From assembly GCA_028713575.1 (NCBI GenBank), contig JAQTOB010000002.1, forward strand, positions 1,371 to 65,370: 64,000 nt of DNA, given 5' to 3'. The stretch's first letter is position 1. Every line of letters begins with the position of its first letter. Shown here piece by piece: positions 45,692-54,384 of this stretch. The notes under the pieces are model-generated. The model ran no database searches. It was given only the letters and a program-made list of their open reading frames with translations, and was not told the DNA's origin. The position numbers and the translations under genes were made by a program. The stretch is from Patescibacteria group bacterium. Its GTDB lineage: Bacteria; Patescibacteriota; Patescibacteriia; UBA2591; UBA6264.

Positions 45692-46486
45692 TTATTTAGC
45701 AGATAAATATACGTTTTTTAACAAATAAATCACGGTTAAAGGTCCAATTCCTCCGGGCACGGGCGAAAGATAATGTGTTTTTAAATGAATTTGAGAGTCA
45801 ACGTCGCCGACTGATTTCCCTTTTTTACCAGAGGCAGACCGATTATAGCCAACATCAATAATAACTGCATTTTTTTTTATCATAAAGGGCTTAAGAAAAT
45901 TAGGTTTCCCTAAAGCAACAATTAAAAAGTCCGCATTTTTAATTTTATTTTTTTTGAAATTTTTTAAATCAATGATTTCAACAATTAGTTTCTTTTTTTC
46001 CAAAATATTTTTTAAAGGATAAGTAAAAACAGGATTTTTTCCCAAAATGACAAATTTTTTATTTTTGAGTGGCCTTTCACTTTGTTGAATTAGTTTTAGG
46101 ACGGCTTGATAAACCGGAGAAATAAATTTTGTTTTTGGTCCAAATCCATCAACATCTTTTTGAGGAGAGATATTTTCTACCAAGACATCAGGATTAAATT
46201 TTTTTGGCAAGGGCATTTGAACAATCAAGCCGTGAAAATTTTTGTTTTGATTTATTTTTTTTATAACCGCAATTATTTTTTTTTGCGCAATTGAAGCAGG
46301 GAAACGAAAAAGCTTAAATTTCATTCCCAGTCGTTCAGCTGCTTTCTGTTTCAGCTTAACATAAATTAAAGAACCTGAGTTTTTTCCAATTAGAATAACA
46401 GCCAGGCCTGGTTTTTGTGGGCATTTTTTTATTTTATTTTTTAGCCCTTTTTCAATTTTTTTGGCCGTGTCTTTGCCGTATAACAT
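45692..46486 (-). CDS. folD: bifunctional methylenetetrahydrofolate dehydrogenase/cyclohydrolase
   Basis: …IGKNSGSLIYVKLK…PVPGGIGPLTV are FolD motifs. Confidence 0.85.
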   Translation of the reverse strand: MLYGKDTAKKIEKGLKNKIKKCPQKPGLAVILIGKNSGSLIYVKLKQKAAERLGMKFKLFRFPASIAQKKIIAVIKKINQNKNFHGLIVQMPLPKKFNPDVLVENISPQKDVDGFGPKTKFISPVYQAVLKLIQQSERPLKNKKFVILGKNPVFTYPLKNILEKKKLIVEIIDLKNFKKNKIKNADFLIVALGKPNFLKPFMIKKNAVIIDVGYNRSASGKKGKSVGDVDSQIHLKTHYLSPVPGGIGPLTVIYLLKNVYLSAK

Positions 46487-46487
46487 T

Positions 46488-47747
46488 TTATATCTTTAAT
46501 TTAGAATAGAGGGGGTGACTTCGCGCCAATTCTTTTACTTGTCGCGCGGTTTTTTTGAGAATTACCGGATTTTCCGGGTTGTAAACAACTTGACTGATTA
46601 ATTGGCCGATGATTTTCATTTCTTTTTCTTTAAATCCGCGTGTGGTCAGGGCTGGCGTTCCTAACCTGATTCCCGAGGGATTAAAAGGCGTCCGCTGGTC
46701 ATAAGGAATCATATTTTTATTAACATAAATACCAACCGCTTCTAAAGATTTCTCCGCTTGTTTGCCCGTTACTCCAGTTTTAGTTAAATCAACCAGAATT
46801 AAATGATTGTCTGTGCCGCCAGAAATAAGAGTTAAATTATTATCCTTTAACGATTGAGCTAAAGTTTTGGCGTTTTTTACAATCTGTCGGGCGTATTTTT
46901 TAAAACTCGGCAAAGAGGCTTCTTTTAATGCCACGGCAATAGCGGCGGTAGTGTGATTATGGGGTCCGCCCTGAAAACCGGGAAAAACGGTTTTATCAAT
47001 CATTTCCGCGTATTCTTTTTTACACATAATCATGGCACCCCGCGGTCCGCGCAAAGTTTTATGAGTAGTGGTAGTAACGATGTCAATAAAAGGAAAAGGA
47101 TTAGGATGAACGCCGCCGATAATCAGGCCGGCCAGATGGGCAATGTCCGCCATGCTAACAGCCTTGACTTTTTTGGCAATCTCGGCGAATTTTTTGAATT
47201 TAATTATCCGCGGATAAGCCGTAGCCCCGCAAATAATAATTTTCGGACGATATTTTTTCGCCAGTTTTTCCACTTCTTTATAGTCTATCAGATGATTTTT
47301 TGGATTGACGCCGTACTGAACAAAATTAAAGATGCGACCGGAAAGATTAACTTTATGCCCGTGAGTCAGATGGCCGCCATGCGCCAAGTTCATGCCCATA
47401 ATGGTGTCGCCGGGCTGTAACAAGGAAAAATAAATTTCTAAATTAGCCGGAGAACCAGAATATGGTTGGACATTGACGTGTTCGGCATAAAACAGCTTTT
47501 TAGCCCTTTCTATCGCCAATGTTTCTATTTCATCAATGAACTGATTACCCCCGTAATATCTTTTCCCGACATAGCCCTCTGAATACTTATTGGTGAGAGG
47601 GGACCCTAGGGCTTCTAAAACTGCTTCAGAAACGAAATTTTCAGAGGGAATCAATTCCAAGCCCTGTCTTTGGCGGTTTATTTCTTTTGCCAATGATTTC
47701 GCGATTTGGGGGTCTGTTTTTTTTAACATGGTTAAATTATATCTCAA
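46488..47747 (-). CDS. glyA: serine hydroxymethyltransferase
   Basis: THKTLRGPRGAMI, the PLP-lysine region, and the 419-aa length. Confidence 0.9.
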   Translation of the reverse strand: MRYNLTMLKKTDPQIAKSLAKEINRQRQGLELIPSENFVSEAVLEALGSPLTNKYSEGYVGKRYYGGNQFIDEIETLAIERAKKLFYAEHVNVQPYSGSPANLEIYFSLLQPGDTIMGMNLAHGGHLTHGHKVNLSGRIFNFVQYGVNPKNHLIDYKEVEKLAKKYRPKIIICGATAYPRIIKFKKFAEIAKKVKAVSMADIAHLAGLIIGGVHPNPFPFIDIVTTTTHKTLRGPRGAMIMCKKEYAEMIDKTVFPGFQGGPHNHTTAAIAVALKEASLPSFKKYARQIVKNAKTLAQSLKDNNLTLISGGTDNHLILVDLTKTGVTGKQAEKSLEAVGIYVNKNMIPYDQRTPFNPSGIRLGTPALTTRGFKEKEMKIIGQLISQVVYNPENPVILKKTARQVKELARSHPLYSKLKI

Positions 47748-47827
47748 ACAGTTATTTTGTCAATTAATATTGACAAAGTTTGAATTTTATGGCATATTTA
47801 TTATATATTTTAAGAAAAGGAGGAAAA

Positions 47828-48019
47828 ATGGGCACAAGAAAAAAAAATGAGGATGGCCTCTTGGTAGAGGCGTCCTCGCAAAAGCCCTATTCAAAGGGCT
47901 TTGACGATCGCATCAATGAAAGATGCGACTCAACGCCTCCTGAAGGCGTTGATTATTGGTGGTGGAAAATCCACTACCAACATGGGCAAGAGGATGCCCA
48001 GAAAATTTTGGACGAGTAA
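47828..48019 (+). CDS. hypothetical small protein (63 aa), relatively GC-rich
   Basis: A perfect SD AAGGAGG sits 6 nt before ATG 47828 (the ORF track begins at 47780). A strong terminator lies downstream. No recognisable motifs. Confidence 0.3.
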   Translation: MGTRKKNEDGLLVEASSQKPYSKGFDDRINERCDSTPPEGVDYWWWKIHYQHGQEDAQKILDE

Positions 48020-48031
48020 CTCATCTCGTCC

Positions 48032-48070
48032 AAAAAAAAGCTTCTGACCTCAGAAGCTTTTTTTATTTTC
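48032..48070 (+). terminator. intrinsic terminator
   Basis: aaaaaaaagcttctga-cc-tcagaagcttttttt is a perfect extended stem followed by a U-run. Confidence 0.7.
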
Positions 48071-48103
48071 TTTTTTTTGCTATACTATAATTTATACCAA
48101 GAA

Positions 48104-48175
48104 GCCGCTATCGTCTAGTGGTTAGGACACATGGTTCTCAGCCATGAAACCAGGGTTCGACTCCCTGTAGCGGTA
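48104..48175 (+). tRNA. tRNA-Glu (anticodon CTC), no encoded CCA
   Basis: Acceptor gccgcta/tagcggt (G1·U72), D-arm gtct-agtggtta-ggac, anticodon stem catgg/ccatg with loop ttCTCag, T-arm caggg-ttcgact-ccctg, discriminator A. Confidence 0.8.
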
Positions 48176-48234
48176 TTTATTGCCTTAATTTATATTTAAT
48201 TTATAATATAAGTATTATTCATAAACATAAACAT

Positions 48235-48732
48235 ATGCCTCATGAAATAAAAGAACATCCGATTTCTTCAGAGATTCCTCAACCAGAGTCTTCTTTAGAA
48301 ACCCCGTCTTCTTTAGAAAAAAAAGAACAAGAATCAAAATTTATTGAACCGGCGAAAACGGATGAGATTTTAAAAAAAATAAAAAAAGCTTTACCGGGGA
48401 TTAAAACCAAACTAACCACTACTATTGTCAAAGAAAAAAGCCAAACAGTGAAAGAAATAGAAAATATTTTATCCGAAGACATGAATGAGATTTATCAGAA
48501 TTTGTCGCCAGACATTAAGCAGGAATTTAAAAGAAGGGGCGAAGAGACGGCGTTTAAAATAGAACAATTGATTTGTCAGGTTAAAATCGCGGTTTATAAA
48601 ATAGTGGATTTAATTAAACAATGGCTATTAATTGTGCCGGGGGTGAATAAATTCTTTTTAGAACAAGAAACAAAAATAAAAACAGATAAAATTTTAGCTT
48701 TATCGGAAAAGGAAAAAAAGAATAAAGTTTAA
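48235..48732 (+). CDS. hypothetical charged protein (165 aa)
   Basis: Lys/Glu-rich, no TM and no recognisable motifs. It precedes the VirD4/TraG-like ATPase. Confidence 0.35.
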   Translation: MPHEIKEHPISSEIPQPESSLETPSSLEKKEQESKFIEPAKTDEILKKIKKALPGIKTKLTTTIVKEKSQTVKEIENILSEDMNEIYQNLSPDIKQEFKRRGEETAFKIEQLICQVKIAVYKIVDLIKQWLLIVPGVNKFFLEQETKIKTDKILALSEKEKKNKV

Positions 48733-48742
48733 TTAATATAAT

Positions 48743-51292
48743 ATGGGGTTAGATATTTATTCAAATATTTTGTATTGGCGCGAGCGAGGATTTTTTAATC
48801 TTAAATTTTGGCTCCCTTTTTTTGTTTTAATATTATTTTTAATTTTATTCTTCTTTTTAAAAAAATATTTAAGAAGGTCGGCTCAATATAAGTTTTCTTT
48901 TCAGCGCGCCATTCTTTTAGTCACGGTGCCTAAGATAAAAATGGATAAAGAAGAAAAAGAGAAAACCCCCAAAGAAATGTTGCAACCAATAGAAAATTTT
49001 TTTGATAACATTGGCGGATTAAAAGCACAAAAAGGATTTAAAACTTGGTTTTTAGGCCGTTCAGACCATTTTTCTTTTGAAATACTTTCAGACAAGCAGG
49101 GTATTATTTCTTTTTATGTGGTCGTGCCGCGAAATTTGCAAACGTTTTTTGAACAACAAGTTCACGCGCAATATCCAGCGGCGCAAATAGAAGAAGTAGA
49201 TGACTATAATGTTTTTTTACCCCACGGAGAAGTTGTTTGCGCCAGTCTTACCTTAAGAACTTATTCCATGTTCCCAATTAAAACCTATAATAAGACAGAA
49301 ACTGATCCTTTAAATGCCATTACTAATTCTTTGAGCCGAATTGCGGAGGAAGATTCAGCCGCGATTCAAATTATGGTTCGTTCGGCTCAGTCAGGTTGGC
49401 GTCAACCCGGCATCAAAGTTGCCCTAGAAATGCAACAAGGCAAAAAATTATCAGAGGCGCTAAAAAATATGAGCGGAGGTTTATCAAAATTTTTTAGTTT
49501 TTTAACCGATTTTATTTTTCCCAAATCGCAAAAAAAACAAGATAAAGAATTAGATAAGCCGCATCAACTTTCACCCATGGAACAAGAAGTCGTTAAGACC
49601 ATTGAAGAAAAGGCGAGCAAGGCCGGAATGGATGTAAATATTAGAATTGTGGTTTCTGCCCGCGATAAAGGATTGGCTGAAAGCTATTTAGATAACATTG
49701 TTAATGCTTTTGCCCAATATACGGGTTATGAATACGGCAATGGATTTAAAAAAGCAAAAATGAATAAAAACGAGATTATTAGGAATTTTATCTACCGGAA
49801 TTTTAATGAGAATATAAGTTTTGTTTTAAACACAGAAGAAATGGCCAGTATTTATCATTTTCCATTGCCGACAACAGAAACGCCAAATATTCGTTGGTTA
49901 ATGGCGAAAAAAGCGCCGGCGCCGATTAACATTCCGCACGAAGGCTTGTTTTTAGGTTACAATATCTATCGCGGTCAAAAGACAGCCATTAAAATTAAAA
50001 GAGAGGACCGTCGTCGACATATGTATGTTATTGGTATGACCGGTACAGGCAAATCTTGGTTTGCCGAAGGCTTGGCTATGCAAGATATTGCCAATGGCGA
50101 GGGTATCTGCTTTATTGACCCGCATGGAGACGCTATTGGTCATATTTTAGAAAGAATTCCCAAGAATAGAGCCGAAGACGTAATTCTTTTTGACCCGGGC
50201 GACTTAACTCGGCCATTAGGATTGAATATGTTAGAATATGATTTTTCAGAACAAAAAACTTTTGTCATTAATGAAATCATGAATATTTTTGACAAGCTTT
50301 ACGATTTGCGCGCAACCGGTGGTCCGATTTTTGAACAATATTTTAAAAACGCTTGTCATTTGGTTATGGATGATATAGCTTCAGGTTCTACTTTATTGGA
50401 AATTCCTAAAGTTTTAGCTGATGATGAATTTAGAAGATATAAGCTTTCCAAATGCAAAACCTTAATGGTTAAAGAATTTTGGGAAAAACAAGCTTTAAAG
50501 GCGGGGGGTGAAGCTTCTTTACAAAATATGGTTCCTTATATTACTAGTAAATTGACACCGTTTTTGACTAATGAATTTATGCAACCTATTATTTCCCAGC
50601 AAAAAAGCAGTTTGAATTTTAGAGAGGCCATGGATAATAAAAAAATAATTTTAGCTAAATTATCTAAAGGTAAAATTGGTGATACCAATGCCTATTTGTT
50701 GGGAATGATTATTGTTGGCAAGATTTTAATGTCTGCTTTGAGTCGTGGAGATATGCCGGAAGAAAAAAGAAATGATTTTTATTTATACATTGATGAATTT
50801 CAAAACTTTTTAACCGAAAGTATGCAGGTCATTTTATCCGAAGCGAGAAAATACCGTTTATGTTTGAATATTATTCACCAGTACATCGGCCAGTTGGTTA
50901 AAAATAGTGATACTAAATTTAAGGACTCCATTTTTGGCAACGTGGGGACAAAAATAGCCTTTCGTATCGGCGTGGACGATGCTGAAGATTTGACTAAAGA
51001 ATTTGCCCCGGTTTTTAATGAATACGACTTTTTAAATATGCCTCAATATAGCGCTTTTGTAAAACTTTTGATTGACAATGCCAATCCGCCGGGTTTTAAT
51101 ATTTCTACGGTTCCTTTTGACCAAATCCCCGGAGTGCCACCGGCTAATCCGGAAATCGCAAAAATTATTAAGGAATTATCTCAATTAAAATACGGCAAAA
51201 CTTTACCCATGATTGAACGGGAAATAAGTCAAAGAAGTCAAATTATTAATCAATTAAAGCAAACAACAGATGGTAATTTATCGCAAATATAG
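48743..51292 (+). CDS. membrane-anchored P-loop ATPase, VirD4/TraG/TrwB coupling-protein-like (or HerA/FtsK-like)
   Basis: N-terminal TM helix, Walker A GMTGTGKS and Walker B FYLYIDEFQNF. The C-terminal region …LCLNIIHQYIGQL… resembles the TraD/TraG C-terminal domain. Confidence 0.5.
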   Translation: MGLDIYSNILYWRERGFFNLKFWLPFFVLILFLILFFFLKKYLRRSAQYKFSFQRAILLVTVPKIKMDKEEKEKTPKEMLQPIENFFDNIGGLKAQKGFKTWFLGRSDHFSFEILSDKQGIISFYVVVPRNLQTFFEQQVHAQYPAAQIEEVDDYNVFLPHGEVVCASLTLRTYSMFPIKTYNKTETDPLNAITNSLSRIAEEDSAAIQIMVRSAQSGWRQPGIKVALEMQQGKKLSEALKNMSGGLSKFFSFLTDFIFPKSQKKQDKELDKPHQLSPMEQEVVKTIEEKASKAGMDVNIRIVVSARDKGLAESYLDNIVNAFAQYTGYEYGNGFKKAKMNKNEIIRNFIYRNFNENISFVLNTEEMASIYHFPLPTTETPNIRWLMAKKAPAPINIPHEGLFLGYNIYRGQKTAIKIKREDRRRHMYVIGMTGTGKSWFAEGLAMQDIANGEGICFIDPHGDAIGHILERIPKNRAEDVILFDPGDLTRPLGLNMLEYDFSEQKTFVINEIMNIFDKLYDLRATGGPIFEQYFKNACHLVMDDIASGSTLLEIPKVLADDEFRRYKLSKCKTLMVKEFWEKQALKAGGEASLQNMVPYITSKLTPFLTNEFMQPIISQQKSSLNFREAMDNKKIILAKLSKGKIGDTNAYLLGMIIVGKILMSALSRGDMPEEKRNDFYLYIDEFQNFLTESMQVILSEARKYRLCLNIIHQYIGQLVKNSDTKFKDSIFGNVGTKIAFRIGVDDAEDLTKEFAPVFNEYDFLNMPQYSAFVKLLIDNANPPGFNISTVPFDQIPGVPPANPEIAKIIKELSQLKYGKTLPMIEREISQRSQIINQLKQTTDGNLSQI

Positions 51293-52367
51293 GCCAAAAA
51301 CTTTTAAGGAAGTAATTGGTCAAGAAAACATTGTGCAAATTTTAGAAAACGAAATTAAAAGTGATAAAGTTGCTCATGCTTATCTTTTTACCGGACCTCG
51401 CGGTTTAGGTAAAACCACTTTATCAAGATTAATGGCCAAAGCAGTTAATTGTTTAAATAGAAAAAACGGAGAATCAGAACCATGTAATAAATGCGACCAT
51501 TGTCAAAGCATCAACAATAATCGTTTTATAGATTTGATTGAACTTGATGCCGCTTCACAAACGGGGGTGGATAATGTGCGAGAAAACATTATTGCTTATT
51601 CAAGAATTCCTCCGGCTCAAGGCAAATACAAAGTTTTTGTCATTGATGAATGCCACATGCTTTCTTTGTCCGCCTTTAATGCCTTGTTAAAAATATTAGA
51701 AGAGCCGCCTAAATATGTTATTTTTATTCTTGCTACTACAGAAATTCATAAATTGCCAGAAACCATTATTTCTCGATGCCAGAGATTTGATTTTAACAAA
51801 GTGAGCATGGAAAAAATTGTGCAAAGAATGGAAACAATTATGAAGCAAGAGAAAATAAAAGTGGATAAAAAAGTTCTTCAAAATATCGCTAGTCGTTCTG
51901 AAGGTTGTGTCAGGGATGCGGAAAGTCTTTTAGGTCAATTAATGTTTTTAAATGATAAAAATATTACCGAAAAAGAGGCCAGTCTGATTTTGCCTTTGGC
52001 TCAGACCGATGCTATTGTCAAATTTTTGCAATTTATTTTTAAAAAAGACAAAACCGAAGCGGTTAAATTAATTAATGAACTTTTAGAACAGGGGATAAAC
52101 TTGGACCAATTTGTCGTTGATTTAATAGAATTTTTAAGAAAGATTATGCTGATTAAAATCAAGGCGGTTAATAAAGATTATTGGCTCCAAGATGAAAATT
52201 TTCAAAAAAAAGCAGACGAAATGGCGGGAAAAACAGAATTAAAAACCTTAATTTCTGCCCTTGATGTCTTTATCAAAACCAAAATTCAACTGGGTTACAG
52301 CGAAATTCCGCAGTTGCCTCTGGAACTGGCTGTTTTAAAAATTTGCGAAGAAGCACAGCCTAAATAA
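51270..52367 (+). CDS. dnaX: DNA polymerase III subunit gamma/tau (short form)
   Basis: GPRGLGKTT P-loop, Zn-module CNKCDHC and SRC arginine finger. At 365 aa it contains only domains I-III. Confidence 0.85.
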   Translation: MVIYRKYRPKTFKEVIGQENIVQILENEIKSDKVAHAYLFTGPRGLGKTTLSRLMAKAVNCLNRKNGESEPCNKCDHCQSINNNRFIDLIELDAASQTGVDNVRENIIAYSRIPPAQGKYKVFVIDECHMLSLSAFNALLKILEEPPKYVIFILATTEIHKLPETIISRCQRFDFNKVSMEKIVQRMETIMKQEKIKVDKKVLQNIASRSEGCVRDAESLLGQLMFLNDKNITEKEASLILPLAQTDAIVKFLQFIFKKDKTEAVKLINELLEQGINLDQFVVDLIEFLRKIMLIKIKAVNKDYWLQDENFQKKADEMAGKTELKTLISALDVFIKTKIQLGYSEIPQLPLELAVLKICEEAQPK

Positions 52368-52510
52368 TAAATAAAAACAAGCCATGGCCCACAACGGGCG
52401 ACGCCTGTTTTTAGTAGATACTATGAATAATAGTATCTGAATATAGAATAACAATTTGACACAAAAGGTCAAGCGCTAATCTGTGGGGAACTAAAACTAG
52501 TTAACTTTCC

Positions 52511-53692
52511 ATGAAAACAAACGTTGACGAAAAACAAATTAAAGGATTATTAACTCGAGGAGTTAATGAAGTAATTGATTTTAGTCATTTAAGAAAACGT
52601 TTGTTATCGGGAGAAAAATTAAGAATCAAATTAGGCATTGACCCTACCAGCCCTCATATTCATTTAGGAAGGGCGGTTTCTCTTCTTAAATTAAGAGATT
52701 TTCAAAATCTTGGGCACAAGGTGGTATTTATTATTGGCGATTTTACTGGTGTTGTTGGCGACACTTCTGACAAAGAAAGCGAACGCCCCATGCTTTTTAA
52801 AAAACAGGTGGAAGAGAATATGAAAACGTATATCAGGCAAGCTGGGAAAATTTTAGACATGGAAAAAACCGAAATTTGTCATAATTCTACGTGGCTAAAA
52901 AAACTTGGCTATGAAGAAATAGGAAAACAGGCGAATCAGTTTTCTTTAGCTGAGTTCATCAATCGGGAAAACATTAAAAAGCGACTAAACTTGGGGACCA
53001 GGGTTTCTTTAAGAGAACTTCTTTATCCTTTAATGCAGGGATATGACAGCGTTGAAGTGAAAGCTGACGTGGAGCTCGGGGGAACAGACCAGAGATTTAA
53101 TTTGCTGGCAGGTCGGACCTTGCAGGAATATTATGGTCAAAAACCTCAGGACGTAATGATGACTAATCTTATTTTAGGTACGGACGGCAGAAAAATGAGT
53201 TCCAGTTGGGGTAATACTATCAATATTGTGGACAAACCAAGTGAAATGTTCGGTAAAATAATGAGTTTAACCGATGATTTAATCATAACCTATTTTGAAC
53301 ACTGCACCCGGGTTGATATGGATAAGGTGAAAAAATATAGCGAAGAATTGAAGGCCGGTAAAAATCCCAAAGATGTCAAAATGGATTTAGCTTATGAGAT
53401 TACCAAGATATACTGGGGAGAAAAAAAATCAGAAGAAGCCAAAGATTATTTCATCACTGTTTTTCAAAAAAAGGGAATTCCGCAAGAAATATCGAAAATG
53501 AAATTGGCGAACAAAAATATTCTTGAGATTTTGGTTTTAAGTAAATTGGCAAAAAGTAAAAGCGATGCCAGAAGGCTAATAGGTCAAAAAGGCGTAACAG
53601 TTGATGGAAAAACAATAGAATCAACAGAAGAAACAGTTAAAAAGGGTAGCATTATCCAAAAAGGAAAAAGATATTTTGTAAAAATCATTTAG
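52511..53692 (+). CDS. tyrS: tyrosine--tRNA ligase
   Basis: HIGH-like PHIHLG, a KMSSS variant of KMSKS, GGTDQRFN, and a C-terminal S4-like RNA-binding domain. Confidence 0.8.
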   Translation: MKTNVDEKQIKGLLTRGVNEVIDFSHLRKRLLSGEKLRIKLGIDPTSPHIHLGRAVSLLKLRDFQNLGHKVVFIIGDFTGVVGDTSDKESERPMLFKKQVEENMKTYIRQAGKILDMEKTEICHNSTWLKKLGYEEIGKQANQFSLAEFINRENIKKRLNLGTRVSLRELLYPLMQGYDSVEVKADVELGGTDQRFNLLAGRTLQEYYGQKPQDVMMTNLILGTDGRKMSSSWGNTINIVDKPSEMFGKIMSLTDDLIITYFEHCTRVDMDKVKKYSEELKAGKNPKDVKMDLAYEITKIYWGEKKSEEAKDYFITVFQKKGIPQEISKMKLANKNILEILVLSKLAKSKSDARRLIGQKGVTVDGKTIESTEETVKKGSIIQKGKRYFVKII

Positions 53693-53725
53693 ATGCCGGG
53701 TCGTCTAACTTGCCCCGCCAATTTT

Positions 53726-54061
53726 ATGTCATATCTTTATATTTTAAAAAATAGATTAGGCAGGCATTATATCGGGATTACTAAATTAGAACCAAGAGAA
53801 AGATTAAAACGACATAATCAAGGAGACGTTTATTCAACAAAATCCGGGAGGTCCTGGAAAATAATTTGTCTAGAAAAATTTGAAACTCTTAAAGAAGCAA
53901 GAGAAATGGAAAAAATGATAAAGAGATGGAAAGGCGGAAATGCATTTAAAAAGTTTCTCTGCAAAACTGCCGGGTCGTCTAATGGCAGGACAACGGATTC
54001 TGGCTCCGTTTATCTTGGTTCGAATCCAAGCCCGGCAGTTTTGCAGAAAAACAAGATATAA
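53726..54061 (+). CDS. GIY-YIG nuclease family protein (YhbQ/UPF0213-like). The ORF reads through tRNA-Gln(CTG) before reaching a stop
   Basis: MSYLYILKNRLGRHYIGIT…RLKRHN…EAREMEKMIKRWKG covers the GIY/YIG/Arg/Glu motifs. The last ~30 codons are encoded by the tRNA gene itself. The ORF track begins at 53693. Confidence 0.55.
   Translation: MSYLYILKNRLGRHYIGITKLEPRERLKRHNQGDVYSTKSGRSWKIICLEKFETLKEAREMEKMIKRWKGGNAFKKFLCKTAGSSNGRTTDSGSVYLGSNPSPAVLQKNKI
53968..54038 (+). tRNA. tRNA-Gln (anticodon CTG), no encoded CCA
   Basis: Acceptor tgccggg/cccggca. A 19-nt block gtcgtctaatggcaggaca is identical to tRNA-Gln(TTG). Anticodon stem acgga/tccgt with loop ttCTGgc, T-arm cttgg-ttcgaat-ccaag, discriminator G. 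Confidence 0.8.
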
Positions 54062-54259
54062 ATTTGGCGGGGTGAACAGGACAACGGATTCTGGCTTCGT
54101 TTATCTTGGTTCGACTTGTCCCGTTAAAGGCGGGAATCCAATCTTGGCAGCCATCCTTCGCCAAGGCTACGAAATGGCTAAAACTATGTTGTTGTATTTG
54201 TTGCTTTGAATTTTAGGTAGTCCGGAACTTTAGTGAAGGATACCAAGCCCGGCAGTTTT
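54062..54259 (+). pseudogene. disrupted second tRNA-Gln copy and duplicated tRNA 3' end (att-like direct repeats)
   Basis: 54077-54114 matches tRNA positions ~20-57 (37/38) and is preceded by a D-arm-deleted remnant tggcggggtgaa. 54243-54259 repeats the tRNA 3' end ccaagcccggcagtttt exactly (17/17). A ~128-bp unrelated insert separates the two pieces, and a scrambled gggaatccaatcttggcag lies at 54132-54150. Confidence 0.6.
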
Positions 54260-54384
54260 TTATTGCTTCCGTTCCTCAAAACCTTCAGCCCGCTATATAA
54301 ATAGCGACGAAGACACTGATGCTGAGGGAAGCGCCGACGAACGAGAGTGAAGAGGGACTGAGCTTAACAGAGCGAATGTAATTA

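Noticed and set aside
46953-47420. 155-aa plus-strand ORF inside glyA, and similar antisense ORFs (22859-23140 in HIT, 14578-14850 and 15446-15688 in the helicase, 9634-9950 in the permease, 59301-59872 in ORF 59265)
   Set aside because: They lie antisense within confidently assigned genes, lack an RBS and have low-complexity composition. They are typical spurious ORFs.
52368-52510. Possible T-box leader upstream of tyrS
   Set aside because: No T-box consensus (AATTAGGGTGGNACCGCG-like) and no specifier/antiterminator arrangement. Only two simple hairpins after dnaX are present.
53940-54209. ORFs 53940-54209 (+) and 53979-54164 (-) in the ORF track
   Set aside because: They overlap tRNA-Gln(CTG) and its duplicated fragments. 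The GC-richer tRNA sequence gives stop-free frames by chance.
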